From Lobosporangium transversale (lineage: Eukaryota), in assembly GCF_002105155.1 (NCBI RefSeq), contig NW_019028993.1:186001-250000 (forward strand): DNA of 64,000 bases, written 5' to 3'. This document shows positions 25,999-38,239 of this stretch, piece after piece; within the stretch, counting starts at the first letter, position 1; each line of letters begins with the position of its first letter. The notes beneath the pieces were generated by a model. The model ran no database searches. It saw only the letters and a program-made list of their open reading frames with translations, and was not told the DNA's origin. Both the position numbers and the translations under genes were made by a program.

Positions 25999-27549
25999 CA
26001 GTGGCTTCCAATATTGTCCAAGTGTTCCATTCTTCCAAAGGAAAACTATAAGTGTTCAACAGTGAGCAGCGCTTGTGCCCTTGGATCCTAGATGGGAGCA
26101 ACCTGGAAGACATACTTTATTTGCTCAAAACCTATTAGCGCTCCTGCTTGTTTCTGATAGCTTTTCACTACTTTGAAATTTTCCTCTCATTTGGACAATT
26201 TTTTAACCATCGTTTTTTTTCACCTATCAAAACCTCGTATTGCCCCCTTTCGCCCTTATGACTGCTAACATCCGCTCAGGCATACTTCTTATCAGATTGC
26301 GGCAGACCTCCTTCGGTGTCTCCTCCTCCCATATCTGGCTCACTCTTTCCCAGAGTTCCAGCATGCCTTCTGGAATGGTCCCATGTTCGCGAATTTTTTT
26401 TTTTTAAATGATCCCACAAATGCTCAATAGGGTTTAGGTCTGGTGAATTGGTCAATCCAATAGAGGCAAGGTAGGTTGTGACTCTCTTAGCCGTATGCTT
26501 TGAATCGTTGTCTTGTTGGAAGATAAATTGTTCTGGATCAATGTTGTACCAATCCACAGTATTCAATAGCTCGTCCTGGAGGATACGAATATACAGCTCG
26601 AAGTCCAGCGTGGAGTCGACCTTGGCCAAGTAGCCCGGCCCATCCCACGTCATGCAGCCCCAAACCATGATCGAACCACCACCATATTTGACTGTGAGCG
26701 AAACTAACTTTGGGTCAATATCGGCCGCCTTCACCTTTGGTTCATTATTTGTTTTCACCCAAACATAGCGCATGCCATCAGAAGATATCCTACAAATTTT
26801 GGACTCATCGGACCAAATTACTCGCTTCCAACCAGCTTTGGTCCTGTTTTTGTGCTGGAGAGCAAAGTCCAGTCGAGCTTTCTTTTGACGTTTTGTTAGC
26901 CTAGGCTTCTTGACGGCTTTTTTAGCTTCCATGCCTATATCTCTCAGCGCCCGACGCACCGTATTAGCTGACACCGGATCTTCGTCCTCATCGTTATAGA
27001 GTCTGGTAGCATCGACAGCTGATGAGACTACACCACGGTGAAGCAACAATCGAATATAATATGCATTCCGGTAATCGAACTTCCGCCCTAATGTCTTGGA
27101 GATACTATGGACTGAGGACTTGGATATGCCTACTTCTGTGGCAACCTGACGGATGGACTTGTGCTGCTCGAGTAAATGGAGAGCATCCTCAACAACGGAA
27201 GCTTTGATTGGCTTCATCTTTGGAATGTTTAGAAAGAGTAACGTAGGCTCCTAGAAGAGTGTAGGTGAAGAGTATCTACCCAAGTGTGTGGGAGATAATT
27301 TGAAAAAAATTCAGCAAAGGTGCGTAAAATAAGTGATGGTTATATAATTGTCCAAATGAGATTAAATACTTTTGTCAATGAAAAACCATGGTGAATGAGA
27401 CTAGAGATATTTTAAACTGAACCAGTCCACGTATCATTGGCATACTTGTTTACTCTGATAAAAATAAAAGTGCAAGCAACCATCGCTATTATTCTAATCA
27501 AGACGGAAAACATGAGCGTGGAACATTTGGACAAATTTGGAAGCCACTG
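25999..27549 (-). mobile_element. Tc1/mariner family A element with defective transposase (26276-27217)
   Basis: Imperfect TIR CAGTGGCTTCCAA(T)ATTGTCCAA with TA at both ends. Motifs WSDESK, QQDNDSKH, SPDLNPIEHLW. An internal deletion precedes NSPD and a poly-A frameshift lies near the C-terminus. Confidence 0.9.
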
Positions 27550-27863
27550 TACTTATTGATAAAATGCAAACAAGCTTTTATGTGTCGCCGACGTAAAGCT
27601 AGTTTACGTACACGCCTCTTTGCTGTCACTCTTAACTCCTTGAGTGCAAAAATCAAGGTAGTGTTCTAGGGGGATCTAAGGGTGCAATAAAGGTATCTTT
27701 ATTCAGGGGGAACTATGCTACAGAACTAGATAGAAAAGTAGACCTATTTATACTAGTTAATATCCTGTTGCAAGGAATGCTCTAGAAATATGGGCGAAAT
27801 ACTATGTTGCACAAAATTATTATAGTGATTTCGCTTGCATCCTTCCCGTCATGAAGAAACCTA

Positions 27864-30800
27864 TTATCTTGTTTTTCTTGAAGCCTCAAAGACGGCAAGC
27901 GCCTCTTTAGCGTTTGCGAGCGAAGATTTTGTTTCCCAAGTGGCTTCATCTAATGGATAGCCTTTCCAAAGAACGAGCCACTTAGGAGTTTTGCCAAACA
28001 TTTTGAAGTCAATGATTTTGTCGACTTCATACTCCTCTTCTCCATCTACAAGCTCGGGGGCAGGGCGTGGTGGTAAGCGGTCGCCGAATTCACGAGGTGA
28101 CTCAATATAGGGGCGAAGCAGATCGGCATTAAAGACTGGATGCTGATGCATGTCAGGCGGTAGTTCCAGCTTGTAGGCATTTTCATTGACCTTCGAAATG
28201 ATCTTGTAAGGGCCTATGTACTCAGGTTCCAGTTTCTGCGACGGCCATGTCCCGCGACAGAGATGTTTTCCGAGCTTAAGAGCACCATGTCACCCACAGC
28301 AAACGTAGCAGGCCTGCGAGTTTTGTCCGCTTGGGCCTTTTGCCTATTCTGCGCTTCGATGATGGCATCCTGAGCTAGCGCCAAATTCATCGACTGGGTT
28401 TGAACAAAATCACTGACAGCCGGAACATTGGTATCAGGTGGCTTTAAAAGAGATCCAGGGACTAGTGGATGGTGACCATAGTTCAGAAAGAATGGGGAGA
28501 AGCCTGTCGTAGGATTGACAGAGTTGTTGTATGCGAACTCCATCATAGGCAGTAAAAGATCCCAGTCGTTTTGCTTGTACGATATGTAAGAGCGGAGCAT
28601 TTCTTCTAATGTTCTGTTGGCGCGCTCTGTTTGTCCGTCTGATTGTGGATGGAAGGCAGTAGACATGTTAAGTTTGGTGCCCATGAGCTTCATCAACGTT
28701 GTCCAGAACTTGCCGGTGAAACGTGAATCTCTGTCTGACACAATTGTCCGAGGCATGCCGTGCAGTCTAAAAACATTGTCGAAAAAGAGTCGTGCAACAT
28801 CAGAGGCAGTGTCGGTAGTTCGGCTAGCGCAGAAATGAACTTGCTTGGACAGTTTGTCCACAAAGACCGTAATCGCGTCAAAACCTCTGGCTGTCTTCGG
28901 AAGCTTGACAATGAAGTCCATTGTTACAGTATCCCATCGTTGGCTTGGAATTGCCAAAGGTTGGAAAAGCCCTGCAGGAGGCTTTAGTGAAGGCTTGTTA
29001 CGCTGGCATTGCTCACAGGAAGCAATGTATTTTTTTATATCCCTCGCCATGCGTGGCCAAAAATATGTTCGTCGCATGCTACTGTACGTTTTATCGAATC
29101 CCAAGTGGCCTGATATAGGAGCGTCGTGAGCGTCATGCAAGAGTTGTGAACGGAGTCCGTCGTCCTTGGGTATGCAGAGGCGAGGGCCTTGTCCAGCGTT
29201 GATCCAGAGTAGACCATCCACCACGAAGTAACGATCCGAGGTAGAGGCATCCTTATACTGATGCACGAGGGGACCTAGAATTGGATCGTGTAGGTAGCAA
29301 CTGGCTAGTTGTTTTCGAATGCCAGGGTCTAGATTGATATCCAAGGAGTTCAAAGTAGTAGGTGTAGCCTCCAAGTCCTTGAGGTCCGGTCTTCGTGAAA
29401 GAGCATCAGGGACGACGTTATCTTTACCAGGTTTATACTTGAATACGAAATCATACTCTTGAAGCAACTCCATCCATCTTGCTTGTCTGCGAGTCAAGTT
29501 CGGCTGGCTAGGAAAATGTTGTAGAGTGGCATGGTCGGTATAAACGACAAAGTGAGAACCATCAAGGTAGTATCGCCATGTCTTCAGAGCATGCACCACA
29601 GCCAGCAGTTCTTGTTCGTGTGTAGGATAGTTGCGTTCCGCTGGGTTGAGCTTGCGTGAAGTAAAAGCTACTGGTCGTGATTCACCATTTTGGTCCGTCT
29701 GGAACAGGACAGCACCAATTGCAAAGCCTGAAGCGTCTGTTTCGACTGCTGTAGAGAGGGCAGGATCGAATATCCTAAGAACTGGTGCTGAGCTCACTGC
29801 TCTTTTCAAAGTCTCAAAGGCGTCTTGTTGAGATTTTCCCCAGTGGAATTCCTTATTGCAGCCTAACAATTGTGTGAGGGGAAGAGCAATATCAGCGTAA
29901 TGAGAAATGTACTGATGGTAAAAATTAGTCAAACCAAGGAATTGCATCACATGTCGTTGGGTTGTTGGTACTGGCCATTCCCTTATTGCCTTGACAAGTC
30001 CGCCATTCGTCTTGAGTCCATCCTTGGAGATGACATGGCCTAGGAACTCAGTCTCTTCCTGCATGAAGGAACACTTGGATAATTTACAATAAAGCCCAGC
30101 TTGACGCAAGAGGGAGAGTACTTGTCGGATGTGCTCTAAGTGATCTTTCTCGTTATCGGAGTAAATTAAAATATCATCGAGATACACAACAACACATTTA
30201 TCAAGAAGTGGATCAAGTACGTTACGCATCATAGTCGAGAACGCTGCAGGTGCATTTGTAAGACCGAAAGGCACGACGTTAAACTCGTAGTGGCCATAGC
30301 GAGTTCGGAACGCGGTCTTGTGTTTATCATCAGGATGGACACGCATTTGATGATAGCCCGAGAGTAGATCCAGCTTGGTAAAACATTTAGCTGTTCTGAA
30401 TCTGTCGATCAATTCATCGATCCGTGGTAAGGGGTACCTGTTTTTCTTTGTGATCTTGTTCAGGCCCCGATAATCAACACACATTCGAAGCGAGCCATCC
30501 TTTTTCTTCACAAAGAGGACTGGAGCACCGTATGGTGAGGTGCTCGGTGAGATTAATCCTTTTTGTAAAAGATCAGTTAGCTGCTTCTTCAGTTCATCAA
30601 GCTCAGCGATCGACAATCTGATGACAGGTCGGACAGGTGGGTCAGCATAAGGGTCAGTCTCTATACGCATGCTATCACCTCTGTCAGGGGGAAGGCCATC
30701 GGGAAGTGTTGTAGGAAAGACATCAGGGAATTCGACTTGAACGATTTGCTTGATAGAGTCCGGTAGTTCAGAACTACTGCTAGAGATAGGTACTGGAACT

Positions 30801-31600
30801 CGAACTTGGGCGAGGAATACAGAGGCATCAGGTTCCGAGGCAACGGTAAGGAAGTTAAGAGCAGATATGACGGAAGATCGCTGTCTAGGCTTCCTGTCGA
30901 TGCCAGTGCAAGGCCACAAGACCGGGGTACCTTGGTATTCAAAATGCAGATCATTTGTTCGCCAATTGATGCGAGGGTTGATATCCGTCAGCCATGGTTT
31001 ACCCAAAATTAGGTCGTATTTGGATAGAGGATAAACAATGGCGTTGATTTTATCCTGATACGCGTTGCGGGCGAGGGTGAACGTGGCTGTGTGCTGAGCA
31101 ATTGTCTCGGTACCGTTGGGAAGAATGACAGGAATGGGTCTACCCTCAATTAGCGGAACATGTGTGTTCTCGCAGAAAGAGGAACTTATGACATTGCCTT
31201 CGGCCCCTCCATCTACAAGAATGCGCGCAGGTCGACCATTCACTGCTCCAATGAAAGTAAGGAGTCGGCGAGAGTTTTTATGTTTGTCATAGGTAAGGCT
31301 GAAGGATTGAAGGCGAATTTCGTTACGACAATGGGAGTGGCGATTGGATGAACTAGGGGTAGATGAATGAGTGGAAGTGAGTGAAGTGGAAACAGTGAAA
31401 GGATCAGTGGAGGGGAAAATAGGGTCGGAGAGGGGATTGTTTTTTAGCAATGAGGAATGAGTAGGGGAATGGGGATCAGGATGAGGTGAATACTTAGAGA
31501 GTAGATGTAAGGAAGTAGATGCAGTGGGAGCAATAGAGTGATCAGAAAGGGGCATGGATGTTATATTTGTGCACAAAGGATTTTTATTTGTAGTCATCAA
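27864..31600 (-). pseudogene. Outer-copy pol (PR-RT-RH-IN-chromodomain) with a 7-bp net deletion near 28245
   Basis: LVDGGA, YLDD, TDAS, HDAPISGH...CEQC, DFI...SDRD...ERAN. The frameshift separates the GPY module and chromodomain (ORF 27864-28151). Confidence 0.9.
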
Positions 31601-32316
31601 CTGTAACTGACCATGCCCTCTATTATCCAGGGCTTGAAGGCTGGGGCTAGAGGGGGCGAGGCAGGCCTGGTTTACTGCTCGCCCTCCTCTTTTCCCGACT
31701 CAGAAAGCGTATGGTCATTGTTTTCTATATTAAAGACAGAGGTGCGTTGGCATTGTTCGGCTCTATGACCTCGGTTCCGGCATCTGAAACAACGCCCCTC
31801 ACGAACGCAACGTTCTCGTTCAGCTGCTGTGAGCTTGGGTAGCGAGCTTGGCTTGGAGTGGTTTCTGTTTGGTCGTTGCTGATGGAGAGAGGTGTACAGG
31901 TTGGCAACCAACATTCTCATGTTATCGAGATCCATTGGTGTAGGGCCAGAATTATTCTCATGATGGGGTGATAAGGCGTTCGGGGCAGCGGATACAGGGG
32001 TGGCATCGATGGGATGTAGAATACTGTGGACAATGGTCGCCTGCTCAATGGCATTGCAAGCGAAATCACTATAATAATTTTGTGCAACATAGTATTTCGC
32101 CCATATTTCTAGAGCATTCCTTGCAACAGGATATTAACTAGTATAAATAGGTCTACTTTTCTATCTAGTTCTGTAGCATAGTTCCCCCTGAATAAAGATA
32201 CCTTTATTGCACCCTTAGATCCCCCTAGAACACTACCTTGACTTTTGCATTGGTAGCAAAGGAAACCACGACCACACCCAGAGAACTACAATTACCATTG
32301 AATTTCACCCCTCGCC

Positions 32317-33289
32317 ATGGAACACTTGAATAACGCCCTTTCGTCCATCGATCTTCCTCTGAACATTCGCGAAGCCATAGCTACTGCTTTTAATCAGGCC
32401 CTCTCTACTGCTAAAGCCAACGAAGCCGCTGAGAATGACCTAGCCAGAACCCTCGCCACGGTCCTAAAGCCACAGAAGCCTACGCCTTACGAAGGAGCTA
32501 TTAACGCTGTTGCAGCCTTAAACTTTGTCGACAGCCTGGAGGAGTATTACACTATTGTCACACTCACGCCATCCAAATGGGTTCGATACGCTGTCCTCAG
32601 TCTCAATGGCGAAGCCAAGGCATGGTGGAGAGATTCCGGGTTGAATCTCGATACACCTTGGGCTGACTTCCGTAAAGCATTCCTCCGTCAGTTCACCCCT
32701 CCAGATTCTGCGAATGCAGCTCGCCGAGCGTTGGATAAACTTCGTCAGGGAAGGATGAGTGTGGCAGAATATACGAGCAAGTTTAGAAGCCACCTACGTC
32801 TGGCTACAAATCTCGACAAAGACTCTGCTTTGCAAAAATACATGCTAGGCCTTGAGCCCGAAACAAGCAAGCAGGTAAGACTTAGACAGCCAGAGACGTT
32901 GGACGATGCCATTGAGCAGGCGACCATTGTCCACAGTATTCTACATCCCATCGATGCCACCCCTGTATCCGCTACCCCGAACGCCTTATCACCCCATCAT
33001 GAGAATAATTCTGGCCCTACACCAATGGATCTCGATAACATGAGAATGTTGGTTGCCAACCTGTACACCTCTCTCCATCAGCAACGACCAAACAGAAACC
33101 ACTCCAAGCCAAGCTCGCTACCCAAGCTCACAGCAGCTGAACGAGAACGTTTGCGTTCGTGAGGGGCGTTGTTTCAGATGCCGGAACCGAGGTCATAGAG
33201 CCGAACAATGCCAACGCACCTCTGTCTTTAATATAGAAAACAATGACCATACGCTTTCTGAGTCGGGAAAAGAGGAGGGCGAGCAGTAA
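32317..33289 (+). CDS. Inner-copy gag, with a +1 T at ~33150 separating the CCHC knuckle
   Basis: Retrotransposon gag (LNGEAKAWW, LRQGRMSVAEY, PTPMDLD). The knuckle CFRCRNRGHRAEQC is in the next frame; the outer copy lacks the extra T. Confidence 0.85.
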
Positions 33290-36200
33290 ACCAGGCCTGC
33301 CTCGCCCCCTCTAGCCCCAGCCTTCAAGCCCTGGATAATAGAGGGCATGGTCAGTTACAGTTGATGACTACAAATAAAAATCCTTTGTGCACAAATATAA
33401 CATCCATGCCCCTTTCTGATCACTCTATTGCTCCCACTGCATCTACTTCCTTACATCTACTCTCTAAGTATTCACCTCATCCTGATCCCCATTCCCCTAC
33501 TCATTCCTCATTGCTAAAAAACAATCCCCTCTCCGACCCTATTTTCCCCTCCACTGATCCTTTCACTGTTTCCACTTCACTCACTTCCACTCATTCATCT
33601 ACCCCTAGTTCATCCAATCGCCACTCCCATTGTCGTAACGAAATTCGCCTTCAATCCTTCAGCCTTACCTATGACAAACATAAAAACTCTCGCCGACTCC
33701 TTACTTTCATTGGAGCAGTGAATGGTCGACCTGCGCGCATTCTTGTAGATGGAGGGGCCGAAGGCAATGTCATAAGTTCCTCTTTCTGCGAGAACACACA
33801 TGTTCCGCTAATTGAGGGTAGACCCATTCCTGTCATTCTTCCCAACGGTACCGAGACAATTGCTCAGCACACAGCCACGTTCACCCTCGCCCGCAACGCG
33901 TATCAGGATAAAATCAACGCCATTGTTTATCCTCTATCCAAATACGACCTAATTTTGGGTAAACCATGGCTGACGGATATCAACCCTCGCATCAATTGGC
34001 GAACAAATGATCTGCATTTTGAATACCAAGGTACCCCGGTCTTGTGGCCTTGCACTGGCATCGACAGGAAGCCTAGACAGCGATCTTCCGTCATATCTGC
34101 TCTTAACTTCCTTACCGTTGCCTCGGAACCTGATGCCTCTGTATTCCTCGCCCAAGTTCGAGTTCCAGTACCTGTCTCTAGCAGTAGTTCTGAACTACCG
34201 GACTCTATCAAGCAAATCGTTCAAGTCGAATTCCCTGATGTCTTTCCTACAACACTTCCCGATGGCCTTCCCCCTGACAGAGGTGATAGCATGCGTATAG
34301 AGACTGACCCTTATGCTGACCCACCTGTCCGACCTGTCATCAGATTGTCGATCGCTGAGCTTGATGAACTGAAGAAGCAGCTAACTGATCTTTTACAAAA
34401 AGGATTAATCTCACCGAGCACCTCACCATACGGTGCTCCAGTCCTCTTTGTGAAGAAAAAGGATGGCTCGCTTCGAATGTGTGTTGATTATCGGGGCCTG
34501 AACAAGATCACAAAGAAAAACAGGTACCCCTTACCACGGATCGATGAATTGATCGACAGATTCAGAACAGCTAAATGTTTTACCAAGCTGGATCTACTCT
34601 CGGGCTATCATCAAATGCGTGTCCATCCTGATGATAAACACAAGACCGCGTTCCGAACTCGCTATGGCCACTACGAGTTTAACGTCGTGCCTTTCGGTCT
34701 TACAAATGCACCTGCAGCGTTCTCGACTATGATGCGTAACGTACTTGATCCACTTCTTGATAAATGTGTTGTTGTGTATCTCGATGATATTTTAATTTAC
34801 TCCGATAACGAGAAAGATCACTTAGAGCACATCCGACAAGTACTCTCCCTCTTGCGTCAAGCTGGGCTTTATTGTAAATTATCCAAGTGTTCCTTCATGC
34901 AGGAAGAGACTGAGTTCCTAGGCCATGTCATCTCCAAGGATGGACTCAAGACGAATGGCGGACTTGTCAAGGCAATAAGGGAATGGCCAGTACCAACAAC
35001 CCAACGACATGTGATGCAATTCCTTGGTTTGACTAATTTTTACCATCAGTACATTTCTCATTACGCTGATATTGCTCTTCCCCTCACACAATTGTTAGGC
35101 TGCAATAAGGAATTCCACTGGGGAAAATCTCAACAAGACGCCTTTGAGACTTTGAAAAGAGCAGTGAGCTCAGCACCAGTTCTTAGGATATTCGATCCTG
35201 CCCTCTCTACAGCAGTCGAAACAGACGCTTCAGGCTTTGCAATTGGTGCTGTCCTGTTCCAGACGGACCAAAATGGTGAATCACGACCAGTAGCTTTTAC
35301 TTCACGCAAGCTCAACCCAGCGGAACGCAACTATCCTACACACGAACAAGAACTGCTGGCTGTGGTGCATGCTCTGAAGACATGGCGATACTACCTTGAT
35401 GGTTCTCACTTTGTCGTTTATACCGACCATGCCACTCTACAACATTTTCCTAGCCAGCCGAACTTGACTCGCAGACAAGCAAGATGGATGGAGTTGCTTC
35501 AAGAGTATGATTTCGTATTCAAGTATAAACCTGGTAAAGATAACGTCGTCCCTGATGCTCTTTCACGAAGACCGGACCTCAAGGACTTGGAGGCTACACC
35601 TACTACTTTGAACTCCTTGGATATCAATCTAGACCCTGGCATTCGAAAACAACTAGCCAGTTGCTACCTACACGATCCAATTCTAGGTCCCCTCGTGCAT
35701 CAGTATAAGGATGCCTCTACCTCGGATCGTTACTTCGTGGTGGATGGTCTACTCTGGATCAACGCTGGACAAGGCCCTCGCCTCTGCATACCCAAGGACG
35801 ACGGACTCCGTTCACAACTCTTGCATGACGCTCACGACGCTCCTATATCAGGCCACTTGGGATTCGATAAAACGTACAGTAGCATGCGACGAACATATTT
35901 TTGGCCACGCATGGCGAGGGATATAAAAAAATACATTGCTTCCTGTGAGCAATGCCAGCGTAACAAGCCTTCACTAAAGCCTCCTGCAGGGCTTTTCCAA
36001 CCTTTGGCAATTCCAAGCCAACGATGGGATACTGTAACAATGGACTTCATTGTCAAGCTTCCGAAGACAGCCAGAGGTTTTGACGCGATTACGGTCTTTG
36101 TGGACAAACTGTCCAAGCAAGTTCATTTCTGCGCTAGCCGAACTACCGACACTGCCTCTGATGTTGCACGACTCTTTTTCGACAATGTTTTTAGACTGCA

Positions 36201-37104
36201 CGGCATGCCTCGGACAATTGTGTCAGACAGAGATTCACGTTTCACCGGCAAGTTCTGGACAACGTTGATGAAGCTCATGGGCACCAAACTTAACATGTCT
36301 ACTGCCTTCCATCCACAATCAGACGGACAAACAGAGCGCGCCAACAGAACATTAGAAGAAATGCTCCGCTCTTACATATCGTACAAGCAAAACGACTGGG
36401 ATCTTTTACTGCCTATGATGGAGTTCGCATACAACAACTCTGTCAATCCTACGACAGGCTTCTCCCCATTCTTTCTGAACTATGGTCACCATCCACTAGT
36501 CCCTGGATCTCTTTTAAAGCCACCTGATACCAATGTTCCGGCTGTCAGTGATTTTGTTCGAACCCAGTCGATGAATTTGGCGCTAGCTCAGGATGCCATT
36601 ATCGAAGCGCAGAATAGGCAAAAGGCCCAAGCGGACAAAACTCGCAGGCCTGCTACGTTTGCTGTGGGTGACATGGTGCTCTTAAGCTCGGAAAACATCT
36701 CTGTCGCGGGACATAAAAATAGACCGTCGCAGAAACTGGAACCTGAGTACATAGGCCCTTACAAGATCATTTCGAAGGTCAATGAAAATGCCTACAAGCT
36801 GGAACTACCGCCTGACATGCATCAGCATCCAGTCTTTAATGCCGATCTGCTTCGCCCCTATATTGAGTCACCTCGTGAATTCGGCGACCGCTCACCACCA
36901 CGCCCTGCCCCCGAGCTGGTAGATGGAGAAGAGGAGTATGAAGTCGACAAAATCATTGACTTCAAAATGTTTGGCAAAACTCCTAAGTGGCTCGTTCTTT
37001 GGAAAGGCTATCCATTAGATGAAGCCACTTGGGAAACAAAATCTTCGCTCGCAAACGCTAAAGAGGCGCTTGCCGTCTTTGAGGCTTCAAGAAAAACAAG
37101 ATAA
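33262..37104 (+). CDS. Inner-copy pol polyprotein (protease, RT, RNase H, integrase, chromodomain), entered by -1 frameshift
   Basis: Frame is open from 33262 to 37104 with all catalytic motifs and a C-terminal chromodomain EYEVDKII...WLVLWKGYPLDEATWE. Confidence 0.95.
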   Translation, partial: VGKRGGRAVNQACLAPSSPSLQALDNRGHGQLQLMTTNKNPLCTNITSMPLSDHSIAPTASTSLHLLSKYSPHPDPHSPTHSSLLKNNPLSDPIFPSTDPFTVSTSLTSTHSSTPSSSNRHSHCRNEIRLQSFSLTYDKHKNSRRLLTFIGAVNGRPARILVDGGAEGNVISSSFCENTHVPLIEGRPIPVILPNGTETIAQHTATFTLARNAYQDKINAIVYPLSKYDLILGKPWLTDINPRINWRTNDLHFEYQGTPVLWPCTGIDRKPRQRSSVISALNFLTVASEPDASVFLAQVRVPVPVSSSSSELPDSIKQIVQVEFPDVFPTTLPDGLPPDRGDSMRIETDPYADPPVRPVIRLSIAELDELKKQLTDLLQKGLISPSTSPYGAPVLFVKKKDGSLRMCVDYRGLNKITKKNRYPLPRIDELIDRFRTAKCFTKLDLLSGYHQMRVHPDDKHKTAFRTRYGHYEFNVVPFGLTNAPAAFSTMMRNVLDPLLDKCVVVYLDDILIYSDNEKDHLEHIRQVLSLLRQAGLYCKLSKCSFMQEETEFLGHVISKDGLKTNGGLVKAIREWPVPTTQRHVMQFLGLTNFYHQYISHYADIALPLTQLLGCNKEFHWGKSQQDAFETLKRAVSSAPVLRIFDPALSTAVETDASGFAIGAVLFQTDQNGESRPVAFTSRKLNPAERNYPTHEQELLAVVHALKTWRYYLDGSHFVVYTDHATLQHFPSQPNLTRRQARWMELLQEYDFVFKYKPGKDNVVPDALSRRPDLKDLEATPTTLNSLDINLDPGIRKQLASCYLHDPILGPLVHQYKDASTSDRYFVVDGLLWINAGQGPRLCIPKDDGLRSQLLHDAHDAPISGHLGFDKTYSSMRRTYFWPRMARDIKKYIASCEQCQRNKPSLKPPAGLFQPLAIPSQRWDTVTMDFIVKLPKTARGFDAITVFVDKLSKQVHFCASRTTDTASDVARLFFDNVFRLHGMPRTIVSDRDSRFTGKFWTTLMKLMGTKLNMSTAFHPQSDGQTERANRTLEEMLRSYISYKQNDWDLLLPMMEFAYNNSVNPTTGFSPFFLNYGHHPLVPGSLLKPPDTNVPAVSDFVRTQSMNLALAQDAIIEAQNRQKAQADKTRRPATFAVGDMVLLSSENISVAGHKNRPSQKLEPEYIGPYKIISKVNENAYKLELPPDMHQHPVFNADLLRPYIESPREFGDRSPPRPAPELVDGEEEYEVDKIIDFKMFGKTPKWLVLWKGYPLDEATWETKSSLANAKEALAVFEASRKTR

Positions 37105-38239
37105 TAGGTTTCTTCATGACGGGAAGGATGCAAGCGAAATCACTATAATAATTTTGTGCAACATAGTATTTCGCCCATATTTCTAGAGCATTCCTTGCAA
37201 CAGGATATTAACTAGTATAAATAGGTCTACTTTTCTATCTAGTTCTGTAGCATAGTTCCCCCTGAATAAAGATACCTTTATTGCACCCTTAGATCCCCCT
37301 AGAACACTACCTTGACTTTTGCAGGCATCGTCCAACGTCTCTGGCTGTCTAAGTCTTACCTGCTTGCTTGTTTCGGGCTCAAGGCCTAGCATGTATTTTT
37401 GCAAAGCAGAGTCTTTGTCGAGATTTGTAGCCAGACGTAGGTGGCTTCTAAACTTGCTCGTATATTCTGCCACACTCATCCTTCCCTGACGAAATTTATC
37501 CAACGCTCGGCGAGCTGCATTCGCAGAATCTGGAGGGGTGAACTGACGGAGGAATGCTTTACGGAAGTCAGCCCAAGGTGTATCGAGATTCAACCCGGAA
37601 TCTCTCCACCATGCCTTGGCTTCGCCATTGAGACTGAGGACAGCGTATCGAACCCATTTGGATGGCGTGAGTGTGACAATAGTGTAATACTCCTCCAGGC
37701 TGTCGACAAAGTTTAAGGCTGCAACAGCGTTAATAGCTCCTTCGTAAGGTGTAGGCTTCTGTGGCTTTAGGACCGTGGCGAGGGTTCTGGCTAGGTCATT
37801 CTCAGCGGCTTCGTTGGCTTTGGCAGTAGAGAGGGCCTGATTAAAAGCAGTAGCTATGGCTTCGCGAATGTTCAGAGGAAGATCGATGGACGAAAGGGCG
37901 TTATTCAAGTGTTCCATGGCGAGGGGTGAAATTCAATGGTAATTGTAGTTCTCTGGGTGTGGTCGTGGTTTCCTTTGCTACCAATGCAAAAGTCAAGGTA
38001 GTGTTCTAGGGGGATCTAAGGGTGCAATAAAGGTATCTTTATTCAGGGGGAACTATGCTACAGAACTAGATAGAAAAGTAGACCTATTTATACTAGTTAA
38101 TATCCTGTTGCAAGGAATGCTCTAGAAATATGGGCGAAATACTATGTTGCACAAAATTATTATAGTGATTTCGCTTGCATTGAGCCGTCGACTAACGGTG
38201 TTCTCAGAATCAGCCGCTGGTATGAGCCAATTGGCCCTG

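Larger units (their letters stand above)
32055..37323 (+). mobile_element. Ty3/Gypsy chromovirus family 1, inner copy (5269 bp)
   Basis: Matching 195-bp LTRs 32055-32249 and 37129-37323; TSD GGCAT (32050-54, 37324-28); PBS TGGTAGCAAAG at 32251; PPT GACGGGAAGGA at 37118-37128. Confidence 0.97.
27645..38179 (-). mobile_element. Ty3/Gypsy chromovirus family 1, outer copy (interrupted by the inner copy)
   Basis: 195-bp TG...CA LTRs at 37985-38179 (5') and 27645-27839 (3') with 1 mismatch; 5-bp TSD TTGAG (27640-44, 38180-84). gag is split into 37917-37329 and 32054-31672. Inserted in a Tc1-C transposase remnant. Confidence 0.95.

Noticed and set aside
37183..37917. 244-aa gag ORF with a novel C-terminus
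   Set aside because: The tail is read-through into the antisense inner LTR at the insertion point.
27645..38179. Inverted Gypsy pair as an assembly fold-back artefact
   Set aside because: Two different 5-bp TSDs, exact resumption of both interrupted hosts and copy-specific indels fit real nested integration.
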